Shown: positions 1 to 8,178, counted from the stretch's first letter. The stretch: 32,000 nt of DNA from Massilicoli timonensis (GCF_900199515.1 NZ_LT963434.1:483272-515271); one strand, 5' to 3'. The notes: a model not told the origin generated them from the letters alone. Numbers and translations: made by a program.

Positions 1-1
1 T

Positions 2-427
2 ACCTTGCCGGACGCATCCGGCAAGCAAATTTCCCTGCATGATTTCAAAGGCAAAAAAGTCGTCGTTTATTTTTATCCGAAGGACAATACGCCCGGATGC
101 ACTAAACAGGCGTGTGCCTTTAAGGATGCTTACAGCGCTTTTCAACAAGCGGATGTCATCGTGATCGGCATTTCAAAGGATTCCCAAAGATCCCATCAAA
201 ACTTTATACAGAAATATGAACTGCCGTTCTTACTGCTTTCAGATCCGCAATTAGAAGCGATACAGGCATATGATGTCTGGCAGGAAAAGAAGTTGTATGG
301 GAAAACCTATATGGGCGTTGTCCGCGCTACTTACATCATTGATGAGGACGGCATGATCGCACATGTATTTGAAAAAGCCGATCCCACAACCAATGCACAG
401 GATGTTTTAGCACTGCTTTCCAAGTAA
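2..427 (+). CDS. bcp: Peroxiredoxin Bcp (AhpC/TSA family thiol peroxidase), 5'-truncated by the window edge
   Basis: The translation carries the peroxiredoxin active-site block VVVYFYPKDNTPGCTKQAC. The track start at nt 5 is a TTG and the frame stays open to nt 2, so the true N-terminus lies outside the window. Stop TAA is at 425-427, followed by a hairpin terminator. Confidence 0.9.
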   Translation, partial: TLPDASGKQISLHDFKGKKVVVYFYPKDNTPGCTKQACAFKDAYSAFQQADVIVIGISKDSQRSHQNFIQKYELPFLLLSDPQLEAIQAYDVWQEKKLYGKTYMGVVRATYIIDEDGMIAHVFEKADPTTNAQDVLALLSK

Positions 428-436
428 ACATGCAGT

Positions 437-474
437 AAAAAAGCGCTCGGCTTTTTGAAAAAGAGCGCTTTTTT
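437..474. terminator. Rho-independent terminator, bidirectional (A-tract, stem, T-tract)
   Basis: AAAAAAGCGCTC (437-448) is the perfect reverse complement of GAGCGCTTTTTT (463-474), with a 14-nt loop. It lies directly after the bcp stop on the plus strand and directly at the stop of the minus-strand micro-ORF 473-553. Confidence 0.85.
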
Positions 475-553
475 ATTTCCCGATGCTTCCGACGCGTCGC
501 TTGATCCAAACGATCGTAACGATAGAGTAAAAGCAAAACAAGACAATCGGCAT
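473..553 (-). CDS. Candidate 26-aa hydrophobic micro-protein (MPIVLFCFYSIVTIVWIKRRVGSIGK)
   Basis: ATG at 553-551 is preceded by AAGGAGGG (567-560) with a 7-nt spacer. The peptide has one predicted TM stretch followed by a KRR tail. Its stop TAA (475-473) lies inside the T-tract arm of the 437-474 terminator. It is too short for the supplied ORF track, and I have no homology evidence. Confidence 0.35.
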   Translation of the reverse strand: MPIVLFCFYSIVTIVWIKRRVGSIGK

Positions 554-647
554 TTTATATCCCTCCTTGTCCTACTCATACGCTCGATCCTGCTTGCTTC
601 CTAACTTTTTTATATTTGACAAACAGACGATCGAACGATTCGTTTCT

Positions 648-2087
648 TTATTTCTTCCAGGTAGAATAAGAAAACAATAAGATCAAAGGAAAGATCTCCA
701 AACGTCCTGCAAGCATATCAAAACTCATAACGATCTTAGAAAGATCACTGAAGCTGGAGAAATTACCGACCGGTCCAGCTACATGCAAAGCCGGTCCGAC
801 ATTGTTCAAGGTCGTTGCGACCGCGGAGAAACTGGAAGTAAAATCCATATTATCCAAAGTGACGATCAGCAGCGAACCCGCAAAGATGATAAGATAAAAA
901 ACCAGATAGGCATAAGCCGCCTGCATAACGCCGTTATTGACCGGACGCCCATCCATATTCATGCTGACGACAGTATTAGGATGTAATTGCCGGCGGATAT
1001 TGCGCCTTGCTGATTTCAGATAAAGCAAGATCCGTGATACCTTGATACCGCCGCCGGTAGAACCCGCACAGGCGCCGATAAACATAAGCATGATCAGGAT
1101 CGTTTGAGAGAACAGCGGCCACAAGCCATAATCTGCCGTTACAAAGCCGGTCGTGGTAATGATCGAAACGACCTGAAACAGCGCATAGCGAAGCGCTTCC
1201 CACAGCGAGCTGTACAGATCCAAAATATTAAAGGTGATCAAAACTGTCGCGCCTAATACGATGCCCGCATACCAGCGCAGCTCCTGTGACTGTAAAGCTG
1301 CCTTAAACTTGCCTAACAAGAAGAAGTAGATCAGATTAAAGTTGATCCCGAATAAAAACATAAAGACGGTAATGACGCCTTCCAAATAAGCGCTTTGATA
1401 ATAAGCGATGCTGGCGTTTTTGATCGCAAAGCCGCCGGTTCCCGCCGTCGCAAACGCATTCAGCAGACTGTCGAATAACGGCATGCCGCCAAGCACCAGC
1501 AATAGAACTTCAAGACATGTCAAAAACAGATAGAGATAATATAAGATCCGTGCCGTTACATTCACTTTTGAAACCAGTTTGCCGACGACCGGACCGGGCA
1601 TCTCCGCTTTTAAGATATGCAGCGTATTCCCTTTGGCATTGCGTAAAAAGGCGACCATCAGCACTAAGATGCCCATACCGCCGACCCAGTGTGAAAAACT
1701 GCGCCAGAACAAAGCGGTATGACTGAGCGCTTCCACATCCGTCAAAATGGAAGACCCGGTGGTGGTAAAACCGGAAACGATCTCAAAAAAGGCATCGACA
1801 TAAGAAGGGATTTCTCCACTGAACCAAAACGGCAAAGCGCCAAAAACAGAAAAAGTGATCCAGGACAGGGCAACGATCAAAAAGCCCTCCCGTGCATACA
1901 TACGCGTATGCTTCATCGGAATGCGGTTTAAGACCCAGCCAAACAGAGATAAGCCAAGCGCACAGCCGGCATAGACAACCCCTTCCCGCTCCTGATAAAG
2001 CAGGGCGATCAAGACCGGAAACAGCAACAATAGCCCCTCTAGGCAAAGCATTTTCCCCAGCATGGCAATAATCATTCTGCGATTCAT
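648..2087 (-). CDS. trkH: Trk-type K+ uptake membrane subunit TrkH
   Basis: 479-aa polytopic membrane protein with repeated TTGF/TGGG selectivity-filter-like motifs (FTTTGSS, ATAGTGGF, ITTTGF, GSTGGGIK). It starts with ATG, has a GGAGGA SD, and sits 3 nt downstream of trkA. Confidence 0.92.
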   Translation of the reverse strand: MNRRMIIAMLGKMLCLEGLLLLFPVLIALLYQEREGVVYAGCALGLSLFGWVLNRIPMKHTRMYAREGFLIVALSWITFSVFGALPFWFSGEIPSYVDAFFEIVSGFTTTGSSILTDVEALSHTALFWRSFSHWVGGMGILVLMVAFLRNAKGNTLHILKAEMPGPVVGKLVSKVNVTARILYYLYLFLTCLEVLLLVLGGMPLFDSLLNAFATAGTGGFAIKNASIAYYQSAYLEGVITVFMFLFGINFNLIYFFLLGKFKAALQSQELRWYAGIVLGATVLITFNILDLYSSLWEALRYALFQVVSIITTTGFVTADYGLWPLFSQTILIMLMFIGACAGSTGGGIKVSRILLYLKSARRNIRRQLHPNTVVSMNMDGRPVNNGVMQAAYAYLVFYLIIFAGSLLIVTLDNMDFTSSFSAVATTLNNVGPALHVAGPVGNFSSFSDLSKIVMSFDMLAGRLEIFPLILLFSYSTWKK

Positions 2088-2090
2088 GTT

Positions 2091-3452
2091 TTAGTCCTCC
2101 AAGATATCATTCAAATCACGAATCGTTTTTCGCTGCGTTACCACAATGACGCGATCACCGCTCAAAATCTGATCATTCCCTTTTGGAACGATGACCTGTC
2201 GGCCGCGCAGGATCGCCGCAACCAGGATATCCTTTTTTACCGGCAATAACGCCAATGACGTCTTTTTCCCTCTGAAATTATCGGTTGCCATAAATTCCAA
2301 TGCTTCGACATGTTCATTTACCAGCTTATAAAGCGTACGTACCGCTGAATCCTCATCTTTATTCGATTTCGCCCGCACATAGGCGAGGATCTGATTGGCT
2401 GCGATCCGCTTCGGCGAGATGACGCCGTCAATATCCATATGATCCACCATATCGGTAAAACGCAGATTATTGACTTTGGCGATCGCCTTTTTCGCATTCA
2501 TGTTTTTACATAACAGCGATACGATCATGTTTTCTTCATCAATGCCGGTCAAGGTAACCACTACATCCATCTCATCGACCCGCTCATCCTCTAACACGCT
2601 CTCATCACTGCCATTGGCATGAATGATGCTCGCCTGCGGCAATCGCTGAGCGAGTTCAATACAGCGCGTCTCATTTTGTTCGATGATCTTCACGCTGTAC
2701 TTTTGATCTAACAGCTGTTTCGCCAGAAAGTAAGCGATCTTGCTGCCGCCGATGATCATGACCTTTTTCTTCTGCTTTTTAGAAAGATGCGTATAAGCAC
2801 AGAAGCTGACCAGTTCCTTATGTGATCCGGTCAAATACGCATGATCGCCCTGTTCTAAAATAAACTGGCCGTTTGGAATATACACCTGTTCACCGCGCTT
2901 GATCGCACAGATCAAAATATTGCTGCGGCTGATCTGGTATAAGTCGCTTAACTGAATGCCGGCAAGCCGATTGTTTTTCGTTACCTTTACCTCGGCGATC
3001 TCTACCCGTCCCCGCGCAAAGGTATTGACCTTCATCGCCGAAGGAAACAAAATGCTGCGCACGATTTCATTCGCCGCTTCCGCTTCCGGATTCAAGATCA
3101 TATTAAAGCCCAGTTCTTCTCTTAAAAAGCGCAGCTGGGTATAATAATCCGGATTACGCACCCGCGCGATCGTATAGCGCACCCCTAAGCGCTTTGCGAT
3201 CAAACCGCTCAAGATATTGAGTTCATCAGAAGAAGTAACCGCCAGCAGCACATCTGCGTCCTCTACGCCGGCCTCTCTTAAAACATCGCAGTTTGCCCCA
3301 TTTCCGCAGATTCCAAATATATCATTGCGTTCTACTACTTCATCGACCTTCTGTTCGATCGGATCGATCCCTACGATGTCGTGCCCCTCTGCTGACAGAT
3401 ATGCACATAAAAGCTGTCCTACTTTGCCTAAGCCTACAATTAAGATTTTCAT
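2091..3452 (-). CDS. trkA: Trk system NAD-binding subunit TrkA (two RCK/TrkA-N plus TrkA-C modules)
   Basis: It has two Rossmann GxGxxG motifs (IVGLGKVG; IIGGSKIA) and a length typical of TrkA. The track start at 3461 abuts the SD AGAGG with 0-nt spacing. The ATG at 3452 (MKILIVGLGKVG) has 9-nt spacing and is the more likely start. Confidence 0.9.
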   Translation of the reverse strand: MKILIVGLGKVGQLLCAYLSAEGHDIVGIDPIEQKVDEVVERNDIFGICGNGANCDVLREAGVEDADVLLAVTSSDELNILSGLIAKRLGVRYTIARVRNPDYYTQLRFLREELGFNMILNPEAEAANEIVRSILFPSAMKVNTFARGRVEIAEVKVTKNNRLAGIQLSDLYQISRSNILICAIKRGEQVYIPNGQFILEQGDHAYLTGSHKELVSFCAYTHLSKKQKKKVMIIGGSKIAYFLAKQLLDQKYSVKIIEQNETRCIELAQRLPQASIIHANGSDESVLEDERVDEMDVVVTLTGIDEENMIVSLLCKNMNAKKAIAKVNNLRFTDMVDHMDIDGVISPKRIAANQILAYVRAKSNKDEDSAVRTLYKLVNEHVEALEFMATDNFRGKKTSLALLPVKKDILVAAILRGRQVIVPKGNDQILSGDRVIVVTQRKTIRDLNDILED

Positions 3453-3467
3453 TTCATTCATCCTCTA

Positions 3468-3536
3468 ATCATTTTACAAAGTGCTATCATTATACCACAT
3501 TTTCTATATTGTAGTGCATGATCTTTGTAAAATGAT
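3468..3536. repeat. Perfect 14-bp inverted repeat (ATCATTTTACAAAG / CTTTGTAAAATGAT) bracketing the trkA promoter
   Basis: The arms lie at 3468-3481 and 3523-3536, 41 nt apart, and the -10 element lies between them. Confidence 0.8.
3489..3497 (-). promoter_or_regulatory. Extended -10 promoter (TGgTATAAT) for trkA-trkH
   Basis: The minus strand reads TGGTATAAT (3497-3489), about 37 nt upstream of the trkA ATG. The best -35 is only a weak TGCACT 18 nt upstream. Confidence 0.55.
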
Positions 3537-3580
3537 CATGGAGCGGTTTTGATCATCACTCCTCTCTGACCCAAAAATGA

Positions 3581-4597
3581 TCAAAGCGCGCCCAGTTCGA
3601 TCGCCGCTTCGGCAATCTGCACCGCATTGAGCGCCGCTCCTTTTCGCAGCTGATCGCCGCAGCACCAAAGCGTTAAGGAATGCGTCTGATCATGCATGCT
3701 TGCACGCACTCTGCCGACATAGATGTCATCTTTGCCGCTTGCAAACAGCGGCATCGGATAGACTGCCTGCTCTTTTTCATCTAACAAGATGACCCCTTCA
3801 CTTTCCTTTAAGGCGGCTTTGGCCGCTTCCACACTGATCGCATCTTCAAAAAACAACGTGATTGCTTCACTGTGCGCCCGCATGATCGGCAGTCTGACAC
3901 AGGTGCAGGTAACACATAAGTTTGGCTCATGCAGGATCTTGCGTCCTTCCCTTTGCAGCTTCCACTCTTCGCTGCTGTATCCGCTCTCATCAAAATCACC
4001 GATCTGGGGAATCAGATTATAAGCGATCGGATAAGGAAATACCTGTATCGGCAATGCTTCCCCACGCAGTTCTGCCTGCATTTGCTTTTTCAATTCTTCC
4101 ATGCCCGCATGACCTGCCCCGGAAACCGCCTGATACGTGGAAACCACCATTGATTTGATCTTCGCTAAACGATGCAGCGGCGCTGCTGCCATGAGGGCAA
4201 TGATCGTCGTACAGTTAGGATTGGCGATCAGTCCCTGATGCTTTTTTATGTCCTCCCGATTGATCTGCGGTATGACCAAAGGCACCTGCGGCTTCAAACG
4301 ATATGCGCTGGAATTGTCGATGACCAGTGCACCGGCGCTGATCGCATATGGCAGAAAACGTTTGGCAGTTTTTTCGTCCACTGCCCCAAACACCAGATCC
4401 ATGCCCTGAAAACTATGAGCGTTCACTTCCTCTATCACGATGACTTCATCGCGAAACAATATCTTTTCACCGGCACTGCGCTTTGATGCGAGCAGCTTCA
4501 AAGAAGCGATCGGCAGATCACATTCCTCTAAGATCTGACAGATTTCTTTCCCCACAGCGCCGCTCGCACCGAGAATGGCAATATGATAGGCTCTCAT
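3581..4597 (-). CDS. asd: Aspartate-semialdehyde dehydrogenase
   Basis: 338 aa with an N-terminal ILGASGAVG Rossmann motif and the NPNCTTI active-site cysteine block. The SD AAGGAGG lies upstream of the ATG. Confidence 0.93.
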   Translation of the reverse strand: MRAYHIAILGASGAVGKEICQILEECDLPIASLKLLASKRSAGEKILFRDEVIVIEEVNAHSFQGMDLVFGAVDEKTAKRFLPYAISAGALVIDNSSAYRLKPQVPLVIPQINREDIKKHQGLIANPNCTTIIALMAAAPLHRLAKIKSMVVSTYQAVSGAGHAGMEELKKQMQAELRGEALPIQVFPYPIAYNLIPQIGDFDESGYSSEEWKLQREGRKILHEPNLCVTCTCVRLPIMRAHSEAITLFFEDAISVEAAKAALKESEGVILLDEKEQAVYPMPLFASGKDDIYVGRVRASMHDQTHSLTLWCCGDQLRKGAALNAVQIAEAAIELGAL

Positions 4598-4749
4598 CCT
4601 GATTCCTCCTTACTAGGATCATACCCTCGTTATCCTATTCTTCTCATCACCCTTATGTGACTGAAAAACGCTTGGCTAAGCGACAAAGCACCATACTTTC
4701 GCTTCGCTCATACGGAGAAAACACTGGCTGCTCATTTCATCTAAGCCAT

Positions 4750-4775
4750 TAAAAAAACCGGCATAAAGCCGGTTC
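4750..4775 (-). terminator. Rho-independent terminator of the PTS operon
   Basis: The minus strand reads AACCGGC-TTTAT-GCCGGTT followed by TTTTTTT, about 15 nt after the IID stop (4790-4792). Confidence 0.85.
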
Positions 4776-4789
4776 CCACTATCAGTGAT

Positions 4790-5632
4790 TTACATGATGC
4801 CGAAGAAAGAAGCCGCACATCCCAAGATCACCAGTCCGATCAAAATCGTCGTCGTTTTCACATTCTTGCCTAAAAGCCAATACATTATCCCAAACGCACA
4901 AGCCGGCAAGAAGCAAGGCATGATCTGATCGATATAGGTCTGCAATGATTCTGTTACTTCGCCCACTCCGACCGTCATCGTGATCTGCATGCTGACAGTC
5001 GTTGCGACCATTGCGCCGATGACCATCAAGCCGAGGATCGAAGCACATTTGGTAATCTTTTCGATCACCGCGCTGCTCGACATGTCCGCAAAGAACTTAA
5101 CCCCGTAATCAAATCCAAACTTCAAGCAGTAATAACGTGCCAAAAAGCCCGGAATATTGATGATCAGCAAGAACAGGATCGGTCCTAGAATGCTGCCTTC
5201 TTTTGCAAAAGAAACCCCGATTCCTACCGCAATGGTAAGCAGCGTGCCCCAGAAGAAGCTGTCGCCTAATCCTGCCATCGGTCCCATCAAGGAAGTCTTG
5301 ACGGCGCTGATCGACGTTGCGTCAAATTCCGGATCATTCGCATTTTGTTCTTCCATCGTCGCCGTAATACCTGCTAATAATGTAACGATATGCGGAGTGC
5401 AGGCCATAAATTCCATATGTCTTTGCAAAGCCGCCGCCATTTCCTCACTGCCTTCCGGATAAAGGCGTTTTAATACCGGGATCATCATATAGCAGTACAT
5501 CAAGTGCTGCTGGCGTTCGTAGTTCCATGCCGAATCCAGCGTACAGGAACGGGTAAACACTTTCCAGAAATCACGTTTTGTTAGTTTTGTATTCGCATTG
5601 ATCGTCTGCTTAGAATTCGTTGTCATCGTCAT
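4790..5632 (-). CDS. PTS mannose/fructose/sorbose-family EIID component
   Basis: The translation matches the EIID pattern (FWKVFTRS...WNYERQQ...). I place the start at the ATG at 5632 (MTMTTNSK), which is preceded by GGAGG (5640-5636). The track's longer N-terminus (to 5692) overlaps EIIC and has no SD. Confidence 0.9.
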   Translation of the reverse strand: MTMTTNSKQTINANTKLTKRDFWKVFTRSCTLDSAWNYERQQHLMYCYMMIPVLKRLYPEGSEEMAAALQRHMEFMACTPHIVTLLAGITATMEEQNANDPEFDATSISAVKTSLMGPMAGLGDSFFWGTLLTIAVGIGVSFAKEGSILGPILFLLIINIPGFLARYYCLKFGFDYGVKFFADMSSSAVIEKITKCASILGLMVIGAMVATTVSMQITMTVGVGEVTESLQTYIDQIMPCFLPACAFGIMYWLLGKNVKTTTILIGLVILGCAASFFGIM

Positions 5633-6389
5633 ACACCTCCATCGCTGCATCCTGCTTACGGTTGCCGCTGAAGAAATAAACGACCAAAGCAACCGCTAAA
5701 CCAAATAAAGCCACACCGAATACCGAAACGCCCAAATAAGCCGCCAGCAGGAATCCCACTAACAAGAACGCTGCCAGTTCTTTGGTCAAGATCATCCGTG
5801 CCAACATCGCAAAACCGATTGCCGGCAAGATACCTGCCGCAATATCCATACCATGCGTTACCCATTCCGGAATGAATGCCAATACATCTTTCACTGCATT
5901 CACACCCAAATAGAAAGAAACTGCCACCAGTAAAGACAATAATACTTTATTGCCGATGCCGGCAATGCGGCATACCCATTCGACCTTACGCGCTTTGCCT
6001 TCTTTCGCATAGCGATCGGCAATATGCGCAGCCCATGTCAAAATAAACATCATCTGTAAGTTATCCAGCAATAATACCAATGTAGCAACCGGAATCGCCA
6101 ACGCCACCGCTTCCCCGACGCCCGCACCCGATGCGATGACAAACGCCGTTCCGATGATCGAACCGGAGGTCATATCCGGCGGATTGCTTGCCCCGATCGG
6201 CACTGCCCCTAAAAATGCCAGTTCCAGCGCCGCTCCGACGATGATCCCGGTTTCCAGATCACCTAAAACAAGGCCGGTCAGCGTGGAAACGATGATCGGA
6301 CGATTCCACATCGTTGAGCCCATATAACTGTGCATATAGCCGAAGAATGCCACCAGTCCGATCAGTAAAGCCTGTAAACCTAAACTCAT
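5610..6389 (-). CDS. PTS mannose/fructose/sorbose-family EIIC component
   Basis: 259-aa polytopic membrane protein of EIIC-Man type, lying between EIIB and EIID and overlapping the EIID start by 23 nt. Confidence 0.9.
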   Translation of the reverse strand: MSLGLQALLIGLVAFFGYMHSYMGSTMWNRPIIVSTLTGLVLGDLETGIIVGAALELAFLGAVPIGASNPPDMTSGSIIGTAFVIASGAGVGEAVALAIPVATLVLLLDNLQMMFILTWAAHIADRYAKEGKARKVEWVCRIAGIGNKVLLSLLVAVSFYLGVNAVKDVLAFIPEWVTHGMDIAAGILPAIGFAMLARMILTKELAAFLLVGFLLAAYLGVSVFGVALFGLAVALVVYFFSGNRKQDAAMEVYDDDNEF

Positions 6390-6417
6390 GTTCTTTTCCC
6401 TCTCTTTCTTTTACCAT

Positions 6418-6891
6418 CTATTTCAGCAGATCCATTAGATCCTGCTTATGGTCGCTCGGTACTAAACGCACCTCTAATGCAATTCCTTTTTCGTGCATCT
6501 CTTTTAACATCGCTTCATCTTCTTCTGATACGAATACCGCCTTTGCGATCTGACGGCGATCATCCGCCGCTTTCATACCGCCGATATTGACAGAGCGGAT
6601 CGCATCTACTCCCTTTGTCAAACGATAAGCATCTGCCACGCTTTCCACTAAGATGAACAGCTTGTATTTATCCGTAACGCCGCTGTTGAGCGCTTTGATC
6701 GAATCCTCCATGTTCTTCATCACCAGTTTGACACCGGTAGGCTTTGCCATCCGCATCGCCGCCATTTTTAATTCATCTTTCATCAAATGATCGCTGGCGA
6801 TCAAGATACAATCGCTTTCCAAAAACTTCGTCCAAGAGAACGCGACCTGACCATGCACCAAGCGATGATCGATTCTTACTAATTTAATCAT
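6418..6891 (-). CDS. PTS mannose/sorbose-family EIIB component
   Basis: The N-terminus MIKLVRIDHRLVHGQV carries the EIIB-Man phospho-histidine motif (RIDxRLxHGQV). The ATG at 6891 is preceded by AAAGGAG with a 6-nt spacer, and the 11 extra track codons have no SD. Confidence 0.92.
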   Translation of the reverse strand: MIKLVRIDHRLVHGQVAFSWTKFLESDCILIASDHLMKDELKMAAMRMAKPTGVKLVMKNMEDSIKALNSGVTDKYKLFILVESVADAYRLTKGVDAIRSVNIGGMKAADDRRQIAKAVFVSEEDEAMLKEMHEKGIALEVRLVPSDHKQDLMDLLK

Positions 6892-6951
6892 ATGATTCTC
6901 CTTTGTTGATTGGGTTTGCTTCATTGATGACGCTCATCACTTCATCATCAA

Positions 6952-7692
6952 TTACTGTTTTGCTCTAATCTGATTGCAGGCATCTACCAATGCCTTCACA
7001 TGGCTGCCGTCCACGTCGCCGCTGTCTTTGTAAGTGTCTTTGAAATAACTGCCGACGATCGCGCCATCGCCTACCTGAAACTGCTCGGCACAGTTTTCTG
7101 CGGTTACCCCCGCGCCGATGATCAATGGGAAATCACCGATGATCGAACGAAACTCCTTGATCTTCTCCATGGATGTTTCCTGTCCGGTCGCATCCTGCGT
7201 CACAACGATCGCATCACAGCGCGTCATGGCGATCTGCAAGTCTTCTTCCAGTGATCTGCCTGATAAATACGGCTGGTATTTGAAACGTACGCCGCCCAGC
7301 ACATACCCCTTATAAGTTTCACGGTTCAGCTTCATAAATTCATGAAATGCCGGATCATCTCTTACCTTCAAATGTCCCGCTACCGAATCCAGCTGCACAA
7401 AAGCCGCGTTGTATCTGCGTGCCAGCTCAAATCCCATCGGATCGACATTCAGGCAGTTTACGCCGTAGATCAGATCAAGATCCGCCTTTTGCAAATATGC
7501 CAGTACCCGTTCCATATCATAGTAATTGCCATAATAGCTTTCTACGATTACCGCATCGACACCGTTTTCACGATACAGCTCAATTTCCCGTTTCGCCCGC
7601 TCTAAAACGTCCTGCGCAGCATCGCCTTTCAGATGCAGCATCGCCAAGATCGGCTTTTTGTGTCTGAAGATGTCTAAAAACTGTTTTTTCAT
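6952..7692 (-). CDS. BtpA/SgcQ-family TIM-barrel protein (function unknown) embedded in the PTS operon
   Basis: 246 aa. From memory the sequence (PILAMLHLKG..., VDAVIVESYYG, IIGAGVT) resembles the BtpA/SgcQ family. The start ATG at 7692 follows AGGAGGG with 6-nt spacing, and the track's upstream extension overlaps EIIA. Confidence 0.7.
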   Translation of the reverse strand: MKKQFLDIFRHKKPILAMLHLKGDAAQDVLERAKREIELYRENGVDAVIVESYYGNYYDMERVLAYLQKADLDLIYGVNCLNVDPMGFELARRYNAAFVQLDSVAGHLKVRDDPAFHEFMKLNRETYKGYVLGGVRFKYQPYLSGRSLEEDLQIAMTRCDAIVVTQDATGQETSMEKIKEFRSIIGDFPLIIGAGVTAENCAEQFQVGDGAIVGSYFKDTYKDSGDVDGSHVKALVDACNQIRAKQ

Positions 7693-7703
7693 TTCTTGCC
7701 CTC

Positions 7704-8114
7704 CTAAAAATCCTCCGCTTCTTCCTGTTTGATCCCGTTTTGATAAGTAATGCCTTCTTTGGCTTCTTGCACAGCAGTTAAGATCTGTTCTTCCTTCAGC
7801 CCGCATTGCTGGGTGATCAACAGGCTCAATACCAAATTCATGTTCATGCCGGAACAGATGGATACCCGTGGGTGCACACTTAACTGTGATAAAGCCGTAT
7901 AAACGCTGCCGCCCAGAATATCGCAGACAAATAAATAGTCATCGTTATCCTGCTCGATGCGCGCTTTCATCGCTTTGGCATAATCTTCCGGGTTCATGCC
8001 CGGATACAGGCAAAATACTTCTAAAGACGCTGCCGGCGCACCGATGATCATCTGCACGCTGTCTTTCATCCCTTTCGCCAGCTCCCCATGCGATGCCAAG
8101 ATAATGGTACTCAT
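7704..8114 (-). CDS. PTS mannose-family EIIA component
   Basis: MSTIILASHGELAKG carries the EIIA-Man phospho-histidine motif. The ATG at 8114 follows GGGAGGG. The track's longer version (to 8270) runs through the promoter and terminator into levR. Confidence 0.9.
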   Translation of the reverse strand: MSTIILASHGELAKGMKDSVQMIIGAPAASLEVFCLYPGMNPEDYAKAMKARIEQDNDDYLFVCDILGGSVYTALSQLSVHPRVSICSGMNMNLVLSLLITQQCGLKEEQILTAVQEAKEGITYQNGIKQEEAEDF

Positions 8115-8140
8115 AAGATCCCTCCCTTCACTTATCTTAT

Positions 8141-8157
8141 AGCAAAAACCGTGCCAA
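8141..8157 (-). promoter_or_regulatory. Sigma-54 (-24/-12) promoter of the PTS operon
   Basis: The minus strand reads TTGGCACGGTTTTTGCT (8157-8141), a full match to YTGGCACGrNNNTTGCW. It lies about 27 nt upstream of the EIIA ATG and immediately downstream of a LevR-type sigma-54 activator gene. Confidence 0.85.
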
Positions 8158-8177
8158 CTTATGATCGGCACGGTTTT
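8144..8177 (-). terminator. Rho-independent terminator of levR, overlapping the sigma-54 promoter
   Basis: The minus strand reads AAAACCGTGCC (8177-8167), an 11-nt loop, then GGCACGGTTTT (8155-8145) plus one more T. It starts 2 nt after the levR stop TGA (8181-8179). Confidence 0.7.
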
Positions 8178-8178
8178 A

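Noticed and set aside
331-579. Track ORFs 331-579 (82 aa) and 336-536 (66 aa) on the minus strand.
   Set aside because: Both run through the bcp 3' end and the terminator hairpin, and neither has an SD. The 26-codon ORF in another frame, which has a strong SD, is the only plausible coding unit here.
3453-3580. A c-di-AMP (ydaO-type) riboswitch upstream of trkA.
   Set aside because: The predicted 5'UTR is only about 30 nt, and none of the conserved riboswitch blocks (GGGGACCCA or CCGAAUCC-type segments, as I recall them) are present.
4598-4750. A lysine riboswitch or T-box leader upstream of asd.
   Set aside because: The leader is too short for either. It has no T-box sequence (only a chance GGGUG) and no L-box core that I can recognise. 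It is kept only as a weak attenuator hypothesis.
5633-5692. N-terminal extensions suggested by longest-ORF calls. These are EIID to 5692, EIIB to 6924, BtpA-like to 7806, EIIA to 8270, S41 to 12821, adhesin to 24671, hydrolase to 26130 and MurB to 31396.
   Set aside because: In each case an internal ATG with a canonical GGAGG-type SD gives the family-typical N-terminus. The extension overlaps the upstream gene or regulatory elements.
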